Source: Candidatus Shapirobacteria bacterium (GTDB taxonomy: Bacteria; Patescibacteriota; Microgenomatia; UBA12405). Taken from it: a stretch of DNA of 64,000 bases. Under the pieces are notes generated by a model, which saw only the letters and a list, made by a program, of their open reading frames with translations, was not told the origin of the DNA and did not search any database. Of this stretch, positions 1-9,917 are shown piece by piece; the stretch's first letter is position 1, and each line of letters opens with the position of its first letter. The stretch spans positions 583 through 64,582 of the forward strand of contig JBAZYN010000004.1 of the NCBI GenBank assembly GCA_041659325.1. Reading direction: 5' to 3'. Both the position numbers and the translations under genes were made by a program.

Positions 1-2
1 GT

Positions 3-1505
3 TTATCGAAGCTGACCATCCCCCCCGAAGCCTTCAACAGCATTCCTTTCACCCAGGCCGACAAACACAAAATGGTAGTTTTCAGCCGTGACGCCAATCT
101 TCTCAAAATCGCCACCTGCCGGCCACCGATTGACTCCGAAATTTTAAAAAATATCGCCAAAAAAACCGGTCTCAAACCCGAAGTTTATTATTCCACCGAG
201 GCCGACATAGAAAATGTCCTGATAAATAACCGCCAGGATCTCCAAAGTACATTTGAAAAATTAGTAAAAGAGGGGATAGTCACTGCCACCAATCTTGACG
301 GCTCCGACGATCCTCCGGTCGAGAAAATCGTCGATCTCCTGATTGAAACGGCATATCAGGAAAAAGCTTCTGATATTCACATCGAGCCACAGGAAAAAAA
401 CGCCATTATCCGTTTCCGTATCGACGGTTCACTAAATGATGTTTTGACCGTCCCCAAAATTCTCCACGACCGTCTGATTACCCGCATCAAGGTAATGTCT
501 AGTCTCCGCACCGATGAGCACCTGAGCGCCCAAGACGGCAAGATAAAGTTTCACTCAAAAGAAATTTATTTTGATTTGCGTGTCTCAATTATCCCCATAG
601 TAGACGGAGAAAAGGTAGTTATGCGCTTACTTACATCAAATATCGGCGCCTTCGGTTTGGCCGATTTGGGTATGAGTGAAAAAGACATGGAAAAAGTCAA
701 ACGTGCCTTTACCAAATCCTATGGCATGTTTCTGTCCACCGGCCCCACTGGCTCAGGGAAAACTTCATCCATTTATTCCATCTTAAAAATCCTCAATGCC
801 CGGGAAAAAAACATTACCACCATCGAAGATCCGGTCGAATACCGCATCAAGGGCGCCAACCAGATTCAAGTCAACAACCGCACCAATCTAACTTTTGCCA
901 ATGGTCTCCGCTCAATTCTTCGCCAGGATCCAAATATTATATTTGTCGGAGAAATACGTGACAATGAAACAGCCGGCATCGCCATCAACGCCTCTCTTAC
1001 CGGCCATTTGGTTTTGTCCACTCTCCACACCAACACCGCCGCCGCCGCCATCGCCCGTCTGATTGATATGGAAGTTGAGCCTTTTTTGGTTGCCTCAACC
1101 GTTTCTGTGATTGTTGGTCAGCGCCTGGTCCGGCGTATTTGCGACAAATGCCGTGTGTCCTTTACCATTACCCGTGCCGAACTTCTGAAATATTTATCAG
1201 AAGACATGATTACCAAGCACTACATTCCTGTCGGCAAAGCCAAAGAAATTCGGGTGTACAAGGGCAAAGGCTGCAAATTTTGCCACAACACCGGATATGT
1301 CGGCCGAATCGGTATCTTTGAAGTTCTAGAGGTCACCAAAAAAATCCGTGAGCTGATCGGCCACCACGCCGATACCGACGAAATTCTTGAGGCCGCCAAA
1401 AAAGAAGGCTTCAACAGCATGCAAGACGATGGTCTAGACAAAATTACCAAAGGTTTTACCACTATTGAAGAAGTTCTTCGGGTTACAAAAAACGAATTGG
1501 AATGA
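3..1505 (+). CDS. pilB: Type IV pilus assembly ATPase (PilB/GspE family), 5'-truncated at the window edge
   Basis: The frame is open from nt 3 (LSKLTIPPEAF...). Motifs: ASDIHIEP, Walker A GPTGSGKT, TIEDPVEY, LRQDPNIIFVGEIRD, GHLVLSTLH, and the tetracysteine CDKC...CKFC. Confidence 0.95.
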   Translation, partial: LSKLTIPPEAFNSIPFTQADKHKMVVFSRDANLLKIATCRPPIDSEILKNIAKKTGLKPEVYYSTEADIENVLINNRQDLQSTFEKLVKEGIVTATNLDGSDDPPVEKIVDLLIETAYQEKASDIHIEPQEKNAIIRFRIDGSLNDVLTVPKILHDRLITRIKVMSSLRTDEHLSAQDGKIKFHSKEIYFDLRVSIIPIVDGEKVVMRLLTSNIGAFGLADLGMSEKDMEKVKRAFTKSYGMFLSTGPTGSGKTSSIYSILKILNAREKNITTIEDPVEYRIKGANQIQVNNRTNLTFANGLRSILRQDPNIIFVGEIRDNETAGIAINASLTGHLVLSTLHTNTAAAAIARLIDMEVEPFLVASTVSVIVGQRLVRRICDKCRVSFTITRAELLKYLSEDMITKHYIPVGKAKEIRVYKGKGCKFCHNTGYVGRIGIFEVLEVTKKIRELIGHHADTDEILEAAKKEGFNSMQDDGLDKITKGFTTIEEVLRVTKNELE

Positions 1506-2557
1506 AAACCACCTCCGTTACCTTTTCTACCGACGAAAAGATCAATCTTTTGAGTAATTTTTCTACCATGCTTTCCTCTAGCATTCCCATTTTGGATGTA
1601 GTAAATACCCTGCTTGAAGACTCCAAAGGCAACCTCAAGTTTTTTTTGACCACCTTAAAAGTTGATTTAATCGCCGGCAATCGGATAAATACCACTTTTG
1701 CCAAATTTCCCCGCAGTTTTGATCGGGTGGTGGTAAACCTCATCCGGGGAGCCGAAGAAAGCGGTACTCTGGAAACCACCCTTAGGGATATCAAAAACAA
1801 TATCCAAAAAGAAGCTGAATTTTCCGACAAAATAAAATCAGCCATGATGTACCCCATGATTATTTTCACTGTCTTCACCGGAGTGATTCTCATGATTCTA
1901 ATCGTTGTTATCCCCAAAATTTCGGTAGTTTTTACCAGGCTTCGGGTTCCTCTCCCCCTGCCAACAAAAATCCTGATTTTTTTATCTGATTTACTGATCC
2001 ATCAATACCTCTATCTTATTTTTGGTCTGACGGTTTTTGCCATTATCGCTACCTTTCTCTACAAAGAAAAACGTTCTTTTTTTACCAAGCTGATTGTCTC
2101 TCTTCCCCTGATTTCCGGTCTGTCCAAAAAAATAGATTTAACCAGATTTGCCCGCAATCTTTTTCTCCTGTTGACTTCCGGTTTGCCCATTTCCACCGCC
2201 CTTGAGTTTTCCCAGGACGTCGTAGCCAATCAGCAGATAAAAAATCTAATCAGAAATTCCCGGGAAATGCTAACCTCAGGAAAACAATTTTCTACCGGTC
2301 TAAAAAACAATAAAAATGCCATCCCCAGTATGATGATCAAGCTAATCGAAGTCGGTGAAAAAAGCGGGACTCTGGAGAAATCCATGCAGGATATTTCTGA
2401 CTACATGGATTATCAGGTATCAAAAGACCTAAAAACCATCACCGCCCTCATTGAGCCGATTATGCTTATTTGTGTCAGTATCGCTGTCGGCGGGATGATG
2501 ATTTCAATTATTGGTCCAATCTACGGGCTGATTAGTCAAGTTGGCGGCAGACGTTAA
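1502..2557 (+). CDS. pilC: Type IV pilus platform protein (PilC/GspF family)
   Basis: Two GspF repeats (AEESGTLE, GEKSGTLE), AMMYP and LIEP motifs, 3 TM segments; ATGA overlap with pilB. Confidence 0.93.
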   Translation: MKTTSVTFSTDEKINLLSNFSTMLSSSIPILDVVNTLLEDSKGNLKFFLTTLKVDLIAGNRINTTFAKFPRSFDRVVVNLIRGAEESGTLETTLRDIKNNIQKEAEFSDKIKSAMMYPMIIFTVFTGVILMILIVVIPKISVVFTRLRVPLPLPTKILIFLSDLLIHQYLYLIFGLTVFAIIATFLYKEKRSFFTKLIVSLPLISGLSKKIDLTRFARNLFLLLTSGLPISTALEFSQDVVANQQIKNLIRNSREMLTSGKQFSTGLKNNKNAIPSMMIKLIEVGEKSGTLEKSMQDISDYMDYQVSKDLKTITALIEPIMLICVSIAVGGMMISIIGPIYGLISQVGGRR

Positions 2558-2558
2558 A

Positions 2559-2930
2559 TTACTTCAACACTTCCTTAATCTTTTTGAGAAATTCATCCGG
2601 ATTCATCTCGGCTTTGTTCAGACAAGCCACCGCCCCCTTTTGAATCGCATCCTTAATTACTGGGTCATAAGCCAAATTTGTCAAAAGAATTATAGGACCA
2701 TTTCCAACCTTCGGTTTTTCCTCTCTCAATTTATCCAATATTCCGATACCGTCCAGGTAGGGGAGCATCACATCGAGCAAAACCAAATCATACCCACCGG
2801 CAATTATTTTTTCAAATCCCTCTTTTCCGTCAACCGCAGTTTCTACCTCAAAACCGGCATTTTTCAATATCTCTTCATATAACTCTCTTATATATTGATC
2901 ATCATCAACTAAAAGAACTTTTTGTGCCAT
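2559..2930 (-). CDS. Single-domain response regulator (CheY-like receiver)
   Basis: VLLVDDD, DLVLLDVMLP (phosphoacceptor Asp), IILLT and the conserved Lys; no output domain. Confidence 0.92.
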   Translation of the reverse strand: MAQKVLLVDDDQYIRELYEEILKNAGFEVETAVDGKEGFEKIIAGGYDLVLLDVMLPYLDGIGILDKLREEKPKVGNGPIILLTNLAYDPVIKDAIQKGAVACLNKAEMNPDEFLKKIKEVLK

Positions 2931-2965
2931 ATTTTATATAATTTATATTATATATTAACAAATAC

Positions 2966-2989
2966 TTGACATACCTGATATTATATCAG
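2966..2989 (+). promoter_or_regulatory. TTGACA box followed by inverted repeat CTGATA-TTA-TATCAG (candidate operator) in a divergent intergenic region
   Basis: TTGACA at 2966-2971; perfect 6-bp inverted repeat at 2975-2989, just upstream of ATG 2994. No canonical -10 at 17-bp spacing. Confidence 0.35.
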
Positions 2990-2993
2990 CGTT

Positions 2994-4175
2994 ATGCCAA
3001 AACGTGTTGAGGGACAACCCGATTCAGGTGCAAAAGAACCCGCCGCAAGCTCTCGGGTCGATCTATCACCACTCATTGACCGAAAGGAGGATGGTTTTTT
3101 ATCCAGGGTATCGGACCAAATGAAGCTGCAAGGCAATGAAGATGGTGAAGACCGCCATCGCGATCCGATTATCCGAAAATTTTATCGCGGCGCATTAAAG
3201 GCAATCTTTGCCCCGGGACAAAAATTTTCGACCATGCTGTCCGAAATTCATGCCCATCGGTCTGAAATGGATGAGACACATATGGTCAACCTGTTTTTCA
3301 GAGCAATTCAGTACACTCGCAGACACAACAATGATTGTGCTTATATGACTTACGAAGAAGATGATTGGGCTAAATATTTTTCTGGAACTGGTTTAGCAGA
3401 TATAGATACGATCAAACAAACCATGAAAGAAAAAAATACCGCCACAAATATCCCCGCCCGATATATCGGACTCGCCGCCGCCCTCCGCCTTATAACCGCC
3501 GGCAATCCCAATATCCGACTCGGAGTAGGGGATGTTGGCTGTAGTCTTGGCCTTGGCCTACCCGCCTCTATTCATCCTGACTATTTATCGAAACTGCAAT
3601 TTGCAGACGGAACTGATGGCCAGCAAATTCAAGCCGCCCTTTCCCTACCGATAGCCGAACTTTACCGGGCGATTGGGATCGATATTGACCTTCCCGACGT
3701 CGAATGGGTTAAGGCCTGCAATTACCCGTCACAATATGACACCGATGGCGCTGCCATTGATAAAACTATTGCCGAATTATCCGAAGTGTCGCGTACCGTA
3801 GATATAAAGCAGGCCGACATTACCAGCCCGGAGTCGGTTGAAATTCTGACGGGAGGTGGCCCCGCTCTGCACGTAATTCATTCATCTCTGACCATGTACG
3901 AGCTAACCCTCGAGCAGCAGCAAGCCGCCCTCGATAATATCGCCAAGGCCTTGCGTGTTGGCGGAATTTACCTCGAGTTTACATTTGTCGATCCGAAAAA
4001 TTGGTTTAAAGGCTTTCACGCTTTAGCCAGATATAAAACTCCTTCAGGCCAGCTCTCAGAATCGCTCGAATGGCTTGTCTGGGGCGATTCACGTTGCCGT
4101 CAGGTCGATCGGGGTACAGACTTCGCCCAGGTAAACGAGTATCTTGCAAACATGGGGAGAAACCACAATTTGTGA
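2994..4175 (+). CDS. Putative class I SAM-dependent methyltransferase, DUF2332-like
   Basis: TATNIPARY followed by GDVGCSLGLGL (motif I, resembling DUF2332 TQTNE..R / ELGASAGLNL), IGIDID, QADIT, HSSLTMYEL and ALRVGG. Confidence 0.6.
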   Translation: MPKRVEGQPDSGAKEPAASSRVDLSPLIDRKEDGFLSRVSDQMKLQGNEDGEDRHRDPIIRKFYRGALKAIFAPGQKFSTMLSEIHAHRSEMDETHMVNLFFRAIQYTRRHNNDCAYMTYEEDDWAKYFSGTGLADIDTIKQTMKEKNTATNIPARYIGLAAALRLITAGNPNIRLGVGDVGCSLGLGLPASIHPDYLSKLQFADGTDGQQIQAALSLPIAELYRAIGIDIDLPDVEWVKACNYPSQYDTDGAAIDKTIAELSEVSRTVDIKQADITSPESVEILTGGGPALHVIHSSLTMYELTLEQQQAALDNIAKALRVGGIYLEFTFVDPKNWFKGFHALARYKTPSGQLSESLEWLVWGDSRCRQVDRGTDFAQVNEYLANMGRNHNL

Positions 4176-4187
4176 TAATCTAAACAT

Positions 4188-5177
4188 ATGTCAGCCCAAG
4201 AAAATCCACCCTTATCCCCCTATTTACAAAGGTTGGCTGCATTACAAAAATTGGGCTTACTTCCACATCAGGGTGGGGAGCTTCCCTCAAAGACATCCGA
4301 GTTTGCGCCAAAAATTGTTTTCATGGACACACCTCAAGGAGTCGCCGAAGTTGGTGATGCTCTTGCTATGGGGTGGCCGGTGATTACCGATTATGGTGCC
4401 ACTTACGGCACTACTTTCCCTCCCCACATCCGGGAGGCCGTTGCCCTCGCCCGTGGTGAAGTTGAGCCGTTGCCCACCGTTTCTATCGTAACTTTTCGCG
4501 ACGTTGCCTATGGCTGGATGGATACTTCCCGTATTCATCCGGATATCGTCAAATCGCTTAATGCGGGTAAATTTGACATTTTAAACGGAATTGCTTTTAT
4601 GAGATATTCCTGCAACGATGTCTGTCAAAAAACTCTGGGCCGGCATTACGTAAACGCAAAACAGGAAGTCCAGGTTTTTATTGTCGAAGATGTTGATCCG
4701 CTTATGTCATACCTTCGCCGGGAGCATCGCCTCGCCTATATCGCCGTCAGATCATCAAATGTCACCGGTCAACAGGAAGAAGCTTTTCCCGGAGGGGCGC
4801 TGAAATATGCTGCCTCTATCGGTTCCCCGATTCTGGCCGTCCGAACTGTTGCCTCACTGACCGTCCAGCAGGAAGATGAGCAAAATGTCCGGGAAAATTT
4901 ATACGATAAGTTAAAAAGAAAGCGATACGGATCCCAACCGATTGTTACTCTTTCATCCGTCGACGAGCCTCCGGCTATTACCCTCACCCGGGCTGGAAAC
5001 ACCGACCCAGCCACCCTCCAACGGCTCATGGCCGACATTATTGCCGATGGTATTGGTTTTGTTTATATACCCGAAAAAGTAACTAATTTCACCAGGCCCA
5101 TGTATGCCGCCGGAGACGACGTCCGCACTCCCCAAGATATCCGCCAAAGTTTGCTAAGACATTCAGGCCTAATTTAA
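4188..5177 (+). CDS. Divergent YrdC/Sua5 (TsaC)-fold protein
   Basis: ALAMGWPVITDYGATYG aligns with L..GG.V.FPTETVYG; RSSNVTG carries the SxN motif; GSQPIV aligns with STIV and LTRAG with LRPG. The KxR motif is not conserved. Confidence 0.55.
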   Translation: MSAQENPPLSPYLQRLAALQKLGLLPHQGGELPSKTSEFAPKIVFMDTPQGVAEVGDALAMGWPVITDYGATYGTTFPPHIREAVALARGEVEPLPTVSIVTFRDVAYGWMDTSRIHPDIVKSLNAGKFDILNGIAFMRYSCNDVCQKTLGRHYVNAKQEVQVFIVEDVDPLMSYLRREHRLAYIAVRSSNVTGQQEEAFPGGALKYAASIGSPILAVRTVASLTVQQEDEQNVRENLYDKLKRKRYGSQPIVTLSSVDEPPAITLTRAGNTDPATLQRLMADIIADGIGFVYIPEKVTNFTRPMYAAGDDVRTPQDIRQSLLRHSGLI

Positions 5178-5178
5178 T

Positions 5179-5580
5179 CTATTCCAATGCGCCCAATCCG
5201 GCCTGAGCACAGGTTACATCCTTGTTAACATCAGCCGAGCCTCCCACGCCGATAGCTCCAACCACTTGGTCATTTTCCGAAACAGGGATGCCCCCCGCAA
5301 TCACCATCAATTCTCCATCAAAAGCACTTGTAGTCCCATAGTACGGTTGGCCCGGAGTCGCGTATTTGGCGATATCAGCCGTTGCCAAACGTAAAACAGC
5401 CGAAGTATAAGCTTTAGCCATTGCATATTTGGGGCTGATAATCAGCGCTCCGTCCATTTTTTGGGAAGCTACCATTACCCCATAGTTATCTACTACCGTC
5501 ACGGTAACTTTTTCTTTTAGTTCATCGGCTTTTTTAACTGCCGCATTAATTGCTTTTAAAGCTTTCTCAAGTGTTATCAT
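5179..5580 (-). CDS. GlcG/HbpS (DUF336) heme-binding family protein
   Basis: VTVVDNYG, MDGA, AMAKAYTSA, GGIPV and VVGAIGVGG..D..CA motifs; likely ATG at 5580. Confidence 0.9.
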   Translation of the reverse strand: MITLEKALKAINAAVKKADELKEKVTVTVVDNYGVMVASQKMDGALIISPKYAMAKAYTSAVLRLATADIAKYATPGQPYYGTTSAFDGELMVIAGGIPVSENDQVVGAIGVGGSADVNKDVTCAQAGLGALE

Positions 5581-5608
5581 AAAGTGCAAAAACAAATAAT
5601 ATTATTAT

Positions 5609-7027
5609 ATGCAAAACCATTCTAACACACCCAAAACCAGAAAAATAATTGAAGCCCTCTGGAAGTTGGAAAAAATAATTCTTGATACCCTCGATTTCAA
5701 CGAGGTCGTCCAAAAAATCTGTGATGGTTTACTGACCGAACTAGGTTATCTTAAACTTGGCTATCGGATTATTGTTTTGACCCTGGTTGACGAAAATAAA
5801 AAAGTCTTAAAAAGGATATCTCTTTCTCAGACCAAAGAAGCCGCTCGCGCTCAGGCCGCCTCTGCCGTCCCCTTTCATAAAATTGATATCCCGCTTGGGT
5901 CCAGGAACAACCTTTTAATAAAAACACTTAAAAGTAATCAGCCCGAAATTACTCACTATTGGCCCGACATTTTCCGCCCCACTCTCACCGATGACCAGGC
6001 TCTGGCAAACCAGAAGGCTTCCGGTATCAAAACTAGTATGCTTTATCCGGTCACCGTAAAGGACAAGGTCATTGGTGTCGTCATTTTTAGTCTAATCAAG
6101 CACGAAGACAATATTTCCCAAGACGAAAAAGATTTGATCAGAGGCTTTTGCGATATCGTTGGTTTGGCCGTCCAAAATGCCAGGTTATATACCACTCTTG
6201 GTGAAACCTCTGAAAAATTAAAACAAGCCAATGCCAAATTAAAAGAGCTCGATGTCTTAAAAGACGAATTTGTTTCTGTTGCTTCACACGAGCTTCGCAC
6301 CCCCATGACCGCCATCAAATCCTACCTTTGGATGGCCCTAAGCGGTCAAGGCGGCCCTCTCAATTCCAAGCAAAAATTTTATCTTCAAAGATCCCTCGAC
6401 TCAACCGAACGGCTTATCAAGCTCGTCAACAACATGCTAAACATTTCCCGGATAGAGTCCGGCCGGCTCTCCCTGGAGCTAAACAAAGTCGACCTTTCAA
6501 AATTAATAGAGGACGCCATCAACGAAATTGCCCCCCGGGCCAAAGAACTGGGTATCAATTTGGTCTACAATCCGGCTCCGTCCCTTCCAAAAGTTATCGC
6601 CGATGCCGACAAAATCAAAGAGGTGGTGATCAATCTTATCGGCAACTCATTTAAATTTACCCCGAAAAACGGCTCTATTACCGTAAACTTCCAAGTCACT
6701 GATGATCAGGTTATCACCTCTGTCACTGATACCGGATCCGGCCTTTCCCCCGATATGATCAAAAATCTTTTCCAAAAATTTGGACTGATCAAGGGATCTT
6801 ATCAGACCAACCAAACCCCAACCGACCAGGGGACCGGCCTGGGCCTATACATTTGTAAGCAAATCATAGAACTTCATCATGGCACTATTTCCGCCCTCTC
6901 CGAAGGTGTTGGCAAAGGATCAACTTTTAGTTTTTCCTTGCCAGTTTACACTCCCGCCAAGCTCAAACTTTATCAAAAAAAATTCCAGCATACTAGTAAT
7001 ATTGGTATCATTCACAGTAAGATTTAA
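5609..7027 (+). CDS. Cytoplasmic GAF-domain sensor histidine kinase
   Basis: GAF ending in LAVQNARLY, H-box SHELRTPMT, N-box NLIGNSFKFT, G1 DTGSG and G2 GTGLGL; no TM segment. Confidence 0.93.
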   Translation: MQNHSNTPKTRKIIEALWKLEKIILDTLDFNEVVQKICDGLLTELGYLKLGYRIIVLTLVDENKKVLKRISLSQTKEAARAQAASAVPFHKIDIPLGSRNNLLIKTLKSNQPEITHYWPDIFRPTLTDDQALANQKASGIKTSMLYPVTVKDKVIGVVIFSLIKHEDNISQDEKDLIRGFCDIVGLAVQNARLYTTLGETSEKLKQANAKLKELDVLKDEFVSVASHELRTPMTAIKSYLWMALSGQGGPLNSKQKFYLQRSLDSTERLIKLVNNMLNISRIESGRLSLELNKVDLSKLIEDAINEIAPRAKELGINLVYNPAPSLPKVIADADKIKEVVINLIGNSFKFTPKNGSITVNFQVTDDQVITSVTDTGSGLSPDMIKNLFQKFGLIKGSYQTNQTPTDQGTGLGLYICKQIIELHHGTISALSEGVGKGSTFSFSLPVYTPAKLKLYQKKFQHTSNIGIIHSKI

Positions 7028-7029
7028 TC

Positions 7030-7503
7030 ATGAGCCAAAAGTCTGGGTTTACTCTCCTCGAGGTCACTATAGTTCTCGGTATCCTGGCTCTCCTCTTTTC
7101 CATTACCTCACTTAATTTAAGCAACACTGCTCCCAAAAGTTCACTCGACAATGCCGTCCAACTTTTAATCGCCAACATAAAAGAGCAGCAGCTTTATGCC
7201 CTCACCGGCAAAACCGAAGACCAAACTGGTACTAACTTTGGTATTTATTTTGGCCCCCAAAAATATACTCTTTTTCAGGGAAACACCTACGACGCCAATG
7301 ACCTATCCAACTATGATGTCCATCTTGACGACATCGACACGTCTTCAACCGCTACCGGTTCGGTTATAATTTTTACCAGAAACACCGGTGAAATCCAAAA
7401 TTTTCAACCCACAGGCAACACTATCACTTTAACCCAAACCAACATTCAACAATCAAAGACAATCACACTAAATAAATATGGCATTATCGAATCAATTTTC
7501 TAA
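7030..7503 (+). CDS. Minor type IV pilin (FimU/GspH-like)
   Basis: Class III signal peptide SG|FTLLE followed by a hydrophobic helix. Confidence 0.88.
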   Translation: MSQKSGFTLLEVTIVLGILALLFSITSLNLSNTAPKSSLDNAVQLLIANIKEQQLYALTGKTEDQTGTNFGIYFGPQKYTLFQGNTYDANDLSNYDVHLDDIDTSSTATGSVIIFTRNTGEIQNFQPTGNTITLTQTNIQQSKTITLNKYGIIESIF

Positions 7504-9421
7504 ATCAGGGTCGGTCTTGGTAGAAATAATCATCGCCATCGCTCTCATGGCTTATATTGCTCCGGCCATTATTGATGGTCTTATCACTACCAGGCAGGGT
7601 GAACCTCAGCAGAATCAGCGTTTGACAGCTCTCGCCCTGATTAAAGAAACACAGGAATCGTTACGGGTAATCCGGGAAAAAGGTTGGTCCGCTTTTGCCG
7701 TTAATGGTACTTTTCACCCTCAAATATCTGCCGGCTCCTGGACACTTTTATCAGGCACCGAAACGGTAGGGGATTTTAGCCGCAGTATCACCATCTCTGA
7801 TGTCTACCGTGATACATTTGGAAACATTGGTTCTTCCGGTATCGTCGATTCTTCTACAAAAAAAGTTCTCACCACCATAAACTGGACCGAGCCGATTGCT
7901 TCTTCCGTCACCACACTTTCCTATCTTACGAGATATCTCGACAACCTTTCTTATGAGGAAACGACCGCCTCTGATTTTAACGCTGGTATTGGTGTCGGTG
8001 TAACTGTAACTTCAACAAACGGTGGAGAGATAATTCTTGGCTCCGGCGGACGGGTAGACTGGTGTAAACCTGACTTAACCATCAACGCCCTGGATCTCCC
8101 CGGTCAGGCCTACGCCTCCGATATTTCCGCCATCGAAGGTCGGGCTTTTGTAACTACCGGCGGCAACTCTTCGGGTGATTCAATGGACAGAATCGATGTT
8201 ACCAATTCTAACCCCCCGGTTGCCTCAAACACTGGTATCTACAACAATAGAAAATCATACGCTATTTTTGCTACTCCCGCCTACAACTATTTGACCTCAG
8301 ACCACCCCAGCCTGACTGTCGATATTGTTAATTCTGCCACCCTAACGCATGCCGGATATTTTCTGGCAAGCGGCGGAGGCAAAGGCAACGGTGTCTATGT
8401 AGACGGAAATATTGGCTATGTTACCGCTGGATCAAAGCTGTACACCTTTGATACTTCCACCATCACCGGCAATAATCAATCAGAGCTCGCCAGTATTTCT
8501 TTGGCGGGAATAGGTCAAAAGGTGGTAGTCAAAAACGGTTTTGCCTACGTTGCGATTTCCGGATCCTCCATCAAACTCCAGATTATCTCCAGTACAAACG
8601 GTGGTCGTAGTCTAAAAATTATCGGTCAAGCCGACTTTGATAGTCAGTCGGCTGTAGGTGTCGCGGTTAACTCCACCGGCAGTCGGACTTATGTCATTAC
8701 CGCTGCCTCTGGTACCCAAAAAGAACTATTTATTATCAACACCGCCGACAAACCGCTCGATCCCCCCACTCCCGTTAATTATTCTGTTGTCGGTAGCTAT
8801 GAGGCCAATGGTATGAACCCCAAGGGGATTATTGTTGTCTTTGGAAACAAGGTAATAATTGTCGGTTCCGGCGGTGAGCAATACCAAGTGGTCGATATTT
8901 CCAGTGAGGCCACCCCCTCCCGTTGTGGCGGCTTAACCAATCCTTATGGCGCCAGCACCATCAACGCTATTGCTACAGTGGTCGAACAGGATTCCGATAG
9001 TTACTCGTATATCCTGACCAACAACAGCAGTAAAGAGCTGCAGATCATCGAAGGCGGCCCCGGGGGTGTAGTTAGCATCAATGGCAACTTTACTTCCAAA
9101 ATATTTTCTCTGGACCGAGCCACTGCCTTTAACCGTTTTAATATTGACGCCGAGACACCCTCCAGTACCGAAATCCGCTATCAATTTGCCCTTGCTCCTC
9201 AGGTATCCGGCAGCTGTGTGGCCGCCAACTATGTCTTTGTCGGCCCCGACGGTACCCCCTCGACCTTCTTTACTTCCAATTCCGGAGCAATGCCGTTGTC
9301 AAACGACGGTCTGGATTACGAAAATCCCGGCAGTTGTTTCCGCTACAAAGTTTATTTAAGCTCGGCCGATAGGTCTCAAACCCCGGTTTTTAACAGCATT
9401 AGTGTTAATTACTCCCCCTAA
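7478..9421 (+). CDS. Large pilin with LVIVD-like beta-propeller repeats (candidate tip adhesin)
   Basis: SG|SVLVE prepilin site; repeats VYVDGNIGYVT, VVVKNGFAYVA and YQVVDIS. Confidence 0.75.
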   Translation: MALSNQFSKSGSVLVEIIIAIALMAYIAPAIIDGLITTRQGEPQQNQRLTALALIKETQESLRVIREKGWSAFAVNGTFHPQISAGSWTLLSGTETVGDFSRSITISDVYRDTFGNIGSSGIVDSSTKKVLTTINWTEPIASSVTTLSYLTRYLDNLSYEETTASDFNAGIGVGVTVTSTNGGEIILGSGGRVDWCKPDLTINALDLPGQAYASDISAIEGRAFVTTGGNSSGDSMDRIDVTNSNPPVASNTGIYNNRKSYAIFATPAYNYLTSDHPSLTVDIVNSATLTHAGYFLASGGGKGNGVYVDGNIGYVTAGSKLYTFDTSTITGNNQSELASISLAGIGQKVVVKNGFAYVAISGSSIKLQIISSTNGGRSLKIIGQADFDSQSAVGVAVNSTGSRTYVITAASGTQKELFIINTADKPLDPPTPVNYSVVGSYEANGMNPKGIIVVFGNKVIIVGSGGEQYQVVDISSEATPSRCGGLTNPYGASTINAIATVVEQDSDSYSYILTNNSSKELQIIEGGPGGVVSINGNFTSKIFSLDRATAFNRFNIDAETPSSTEIRYQFALAPQVSGSCVAANYVFVGPDGTPSTFFTSNSGAMPLSNDGLDYENPGSCFRYKVYLSSADRSQTPVFNSISVNYSP

Positions 9422-9422
9422 A

Positions 9423-9917
9423 ATGAAAAAAATCTCACCTAGTGCCGGAACAACCCTAATCGAGCTAATCCTATACATGGGGCTTTTGTCTATATTTCTA
9501 TTAATGATTTTCAATTTATTTGCCACCATTCTTGCTTCTCAAACCCGTTCCGTCGCCGTATCGCTCGTTCAAACCAATGGTAATTTTATTTTAACCAAAT
9601 TAACTCACGACATAAATCAAGCCGATTCTATCATCACGCCTTTAACTGTCGGCACCTCGGATACTTCCATGGTTCTTCGTGTAGGCACTTCCGATTCCGA
9701 CTATAATGTCTCGGACGGCCGTCTTGTCCTTACCGATAGTACTGGTGCATCCAACCTCAACGATACCGATACTACGGTTTCTGATTTTGTTGTAAAAAGA
9801 TTGGGCAATTTCGGTGGAAGACAGGGTTTGCAAATATCGTTTACAATTACAAGTAATGTTATCGACAACACTAGCGTCAAAACTAAAAGTTTTCAAACAT
9901 TTGCTTCTCTAAGATGA
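9423..9917 (+). CDS. Minor type IV pilin (PilW-like)
   Basis: AG|TTLIE prepilin site; ATG 9423 directly follows the upstream stop. Confidence 0.85.
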   Translation: MKKISPSAGTTLIELILYMGLLSIFLLMIFNLFATILASQTRSVAVSLVQTNGNFILTKLTHDINQADSIITPLTVGTSDTSMVLRVGTSDSDYNVSDGRLVLTDSTGASNLNDTDTTVSDFVVKRLGNFGGRQGLQISFTITSNVIDNTSVKTKSFQTFASLR

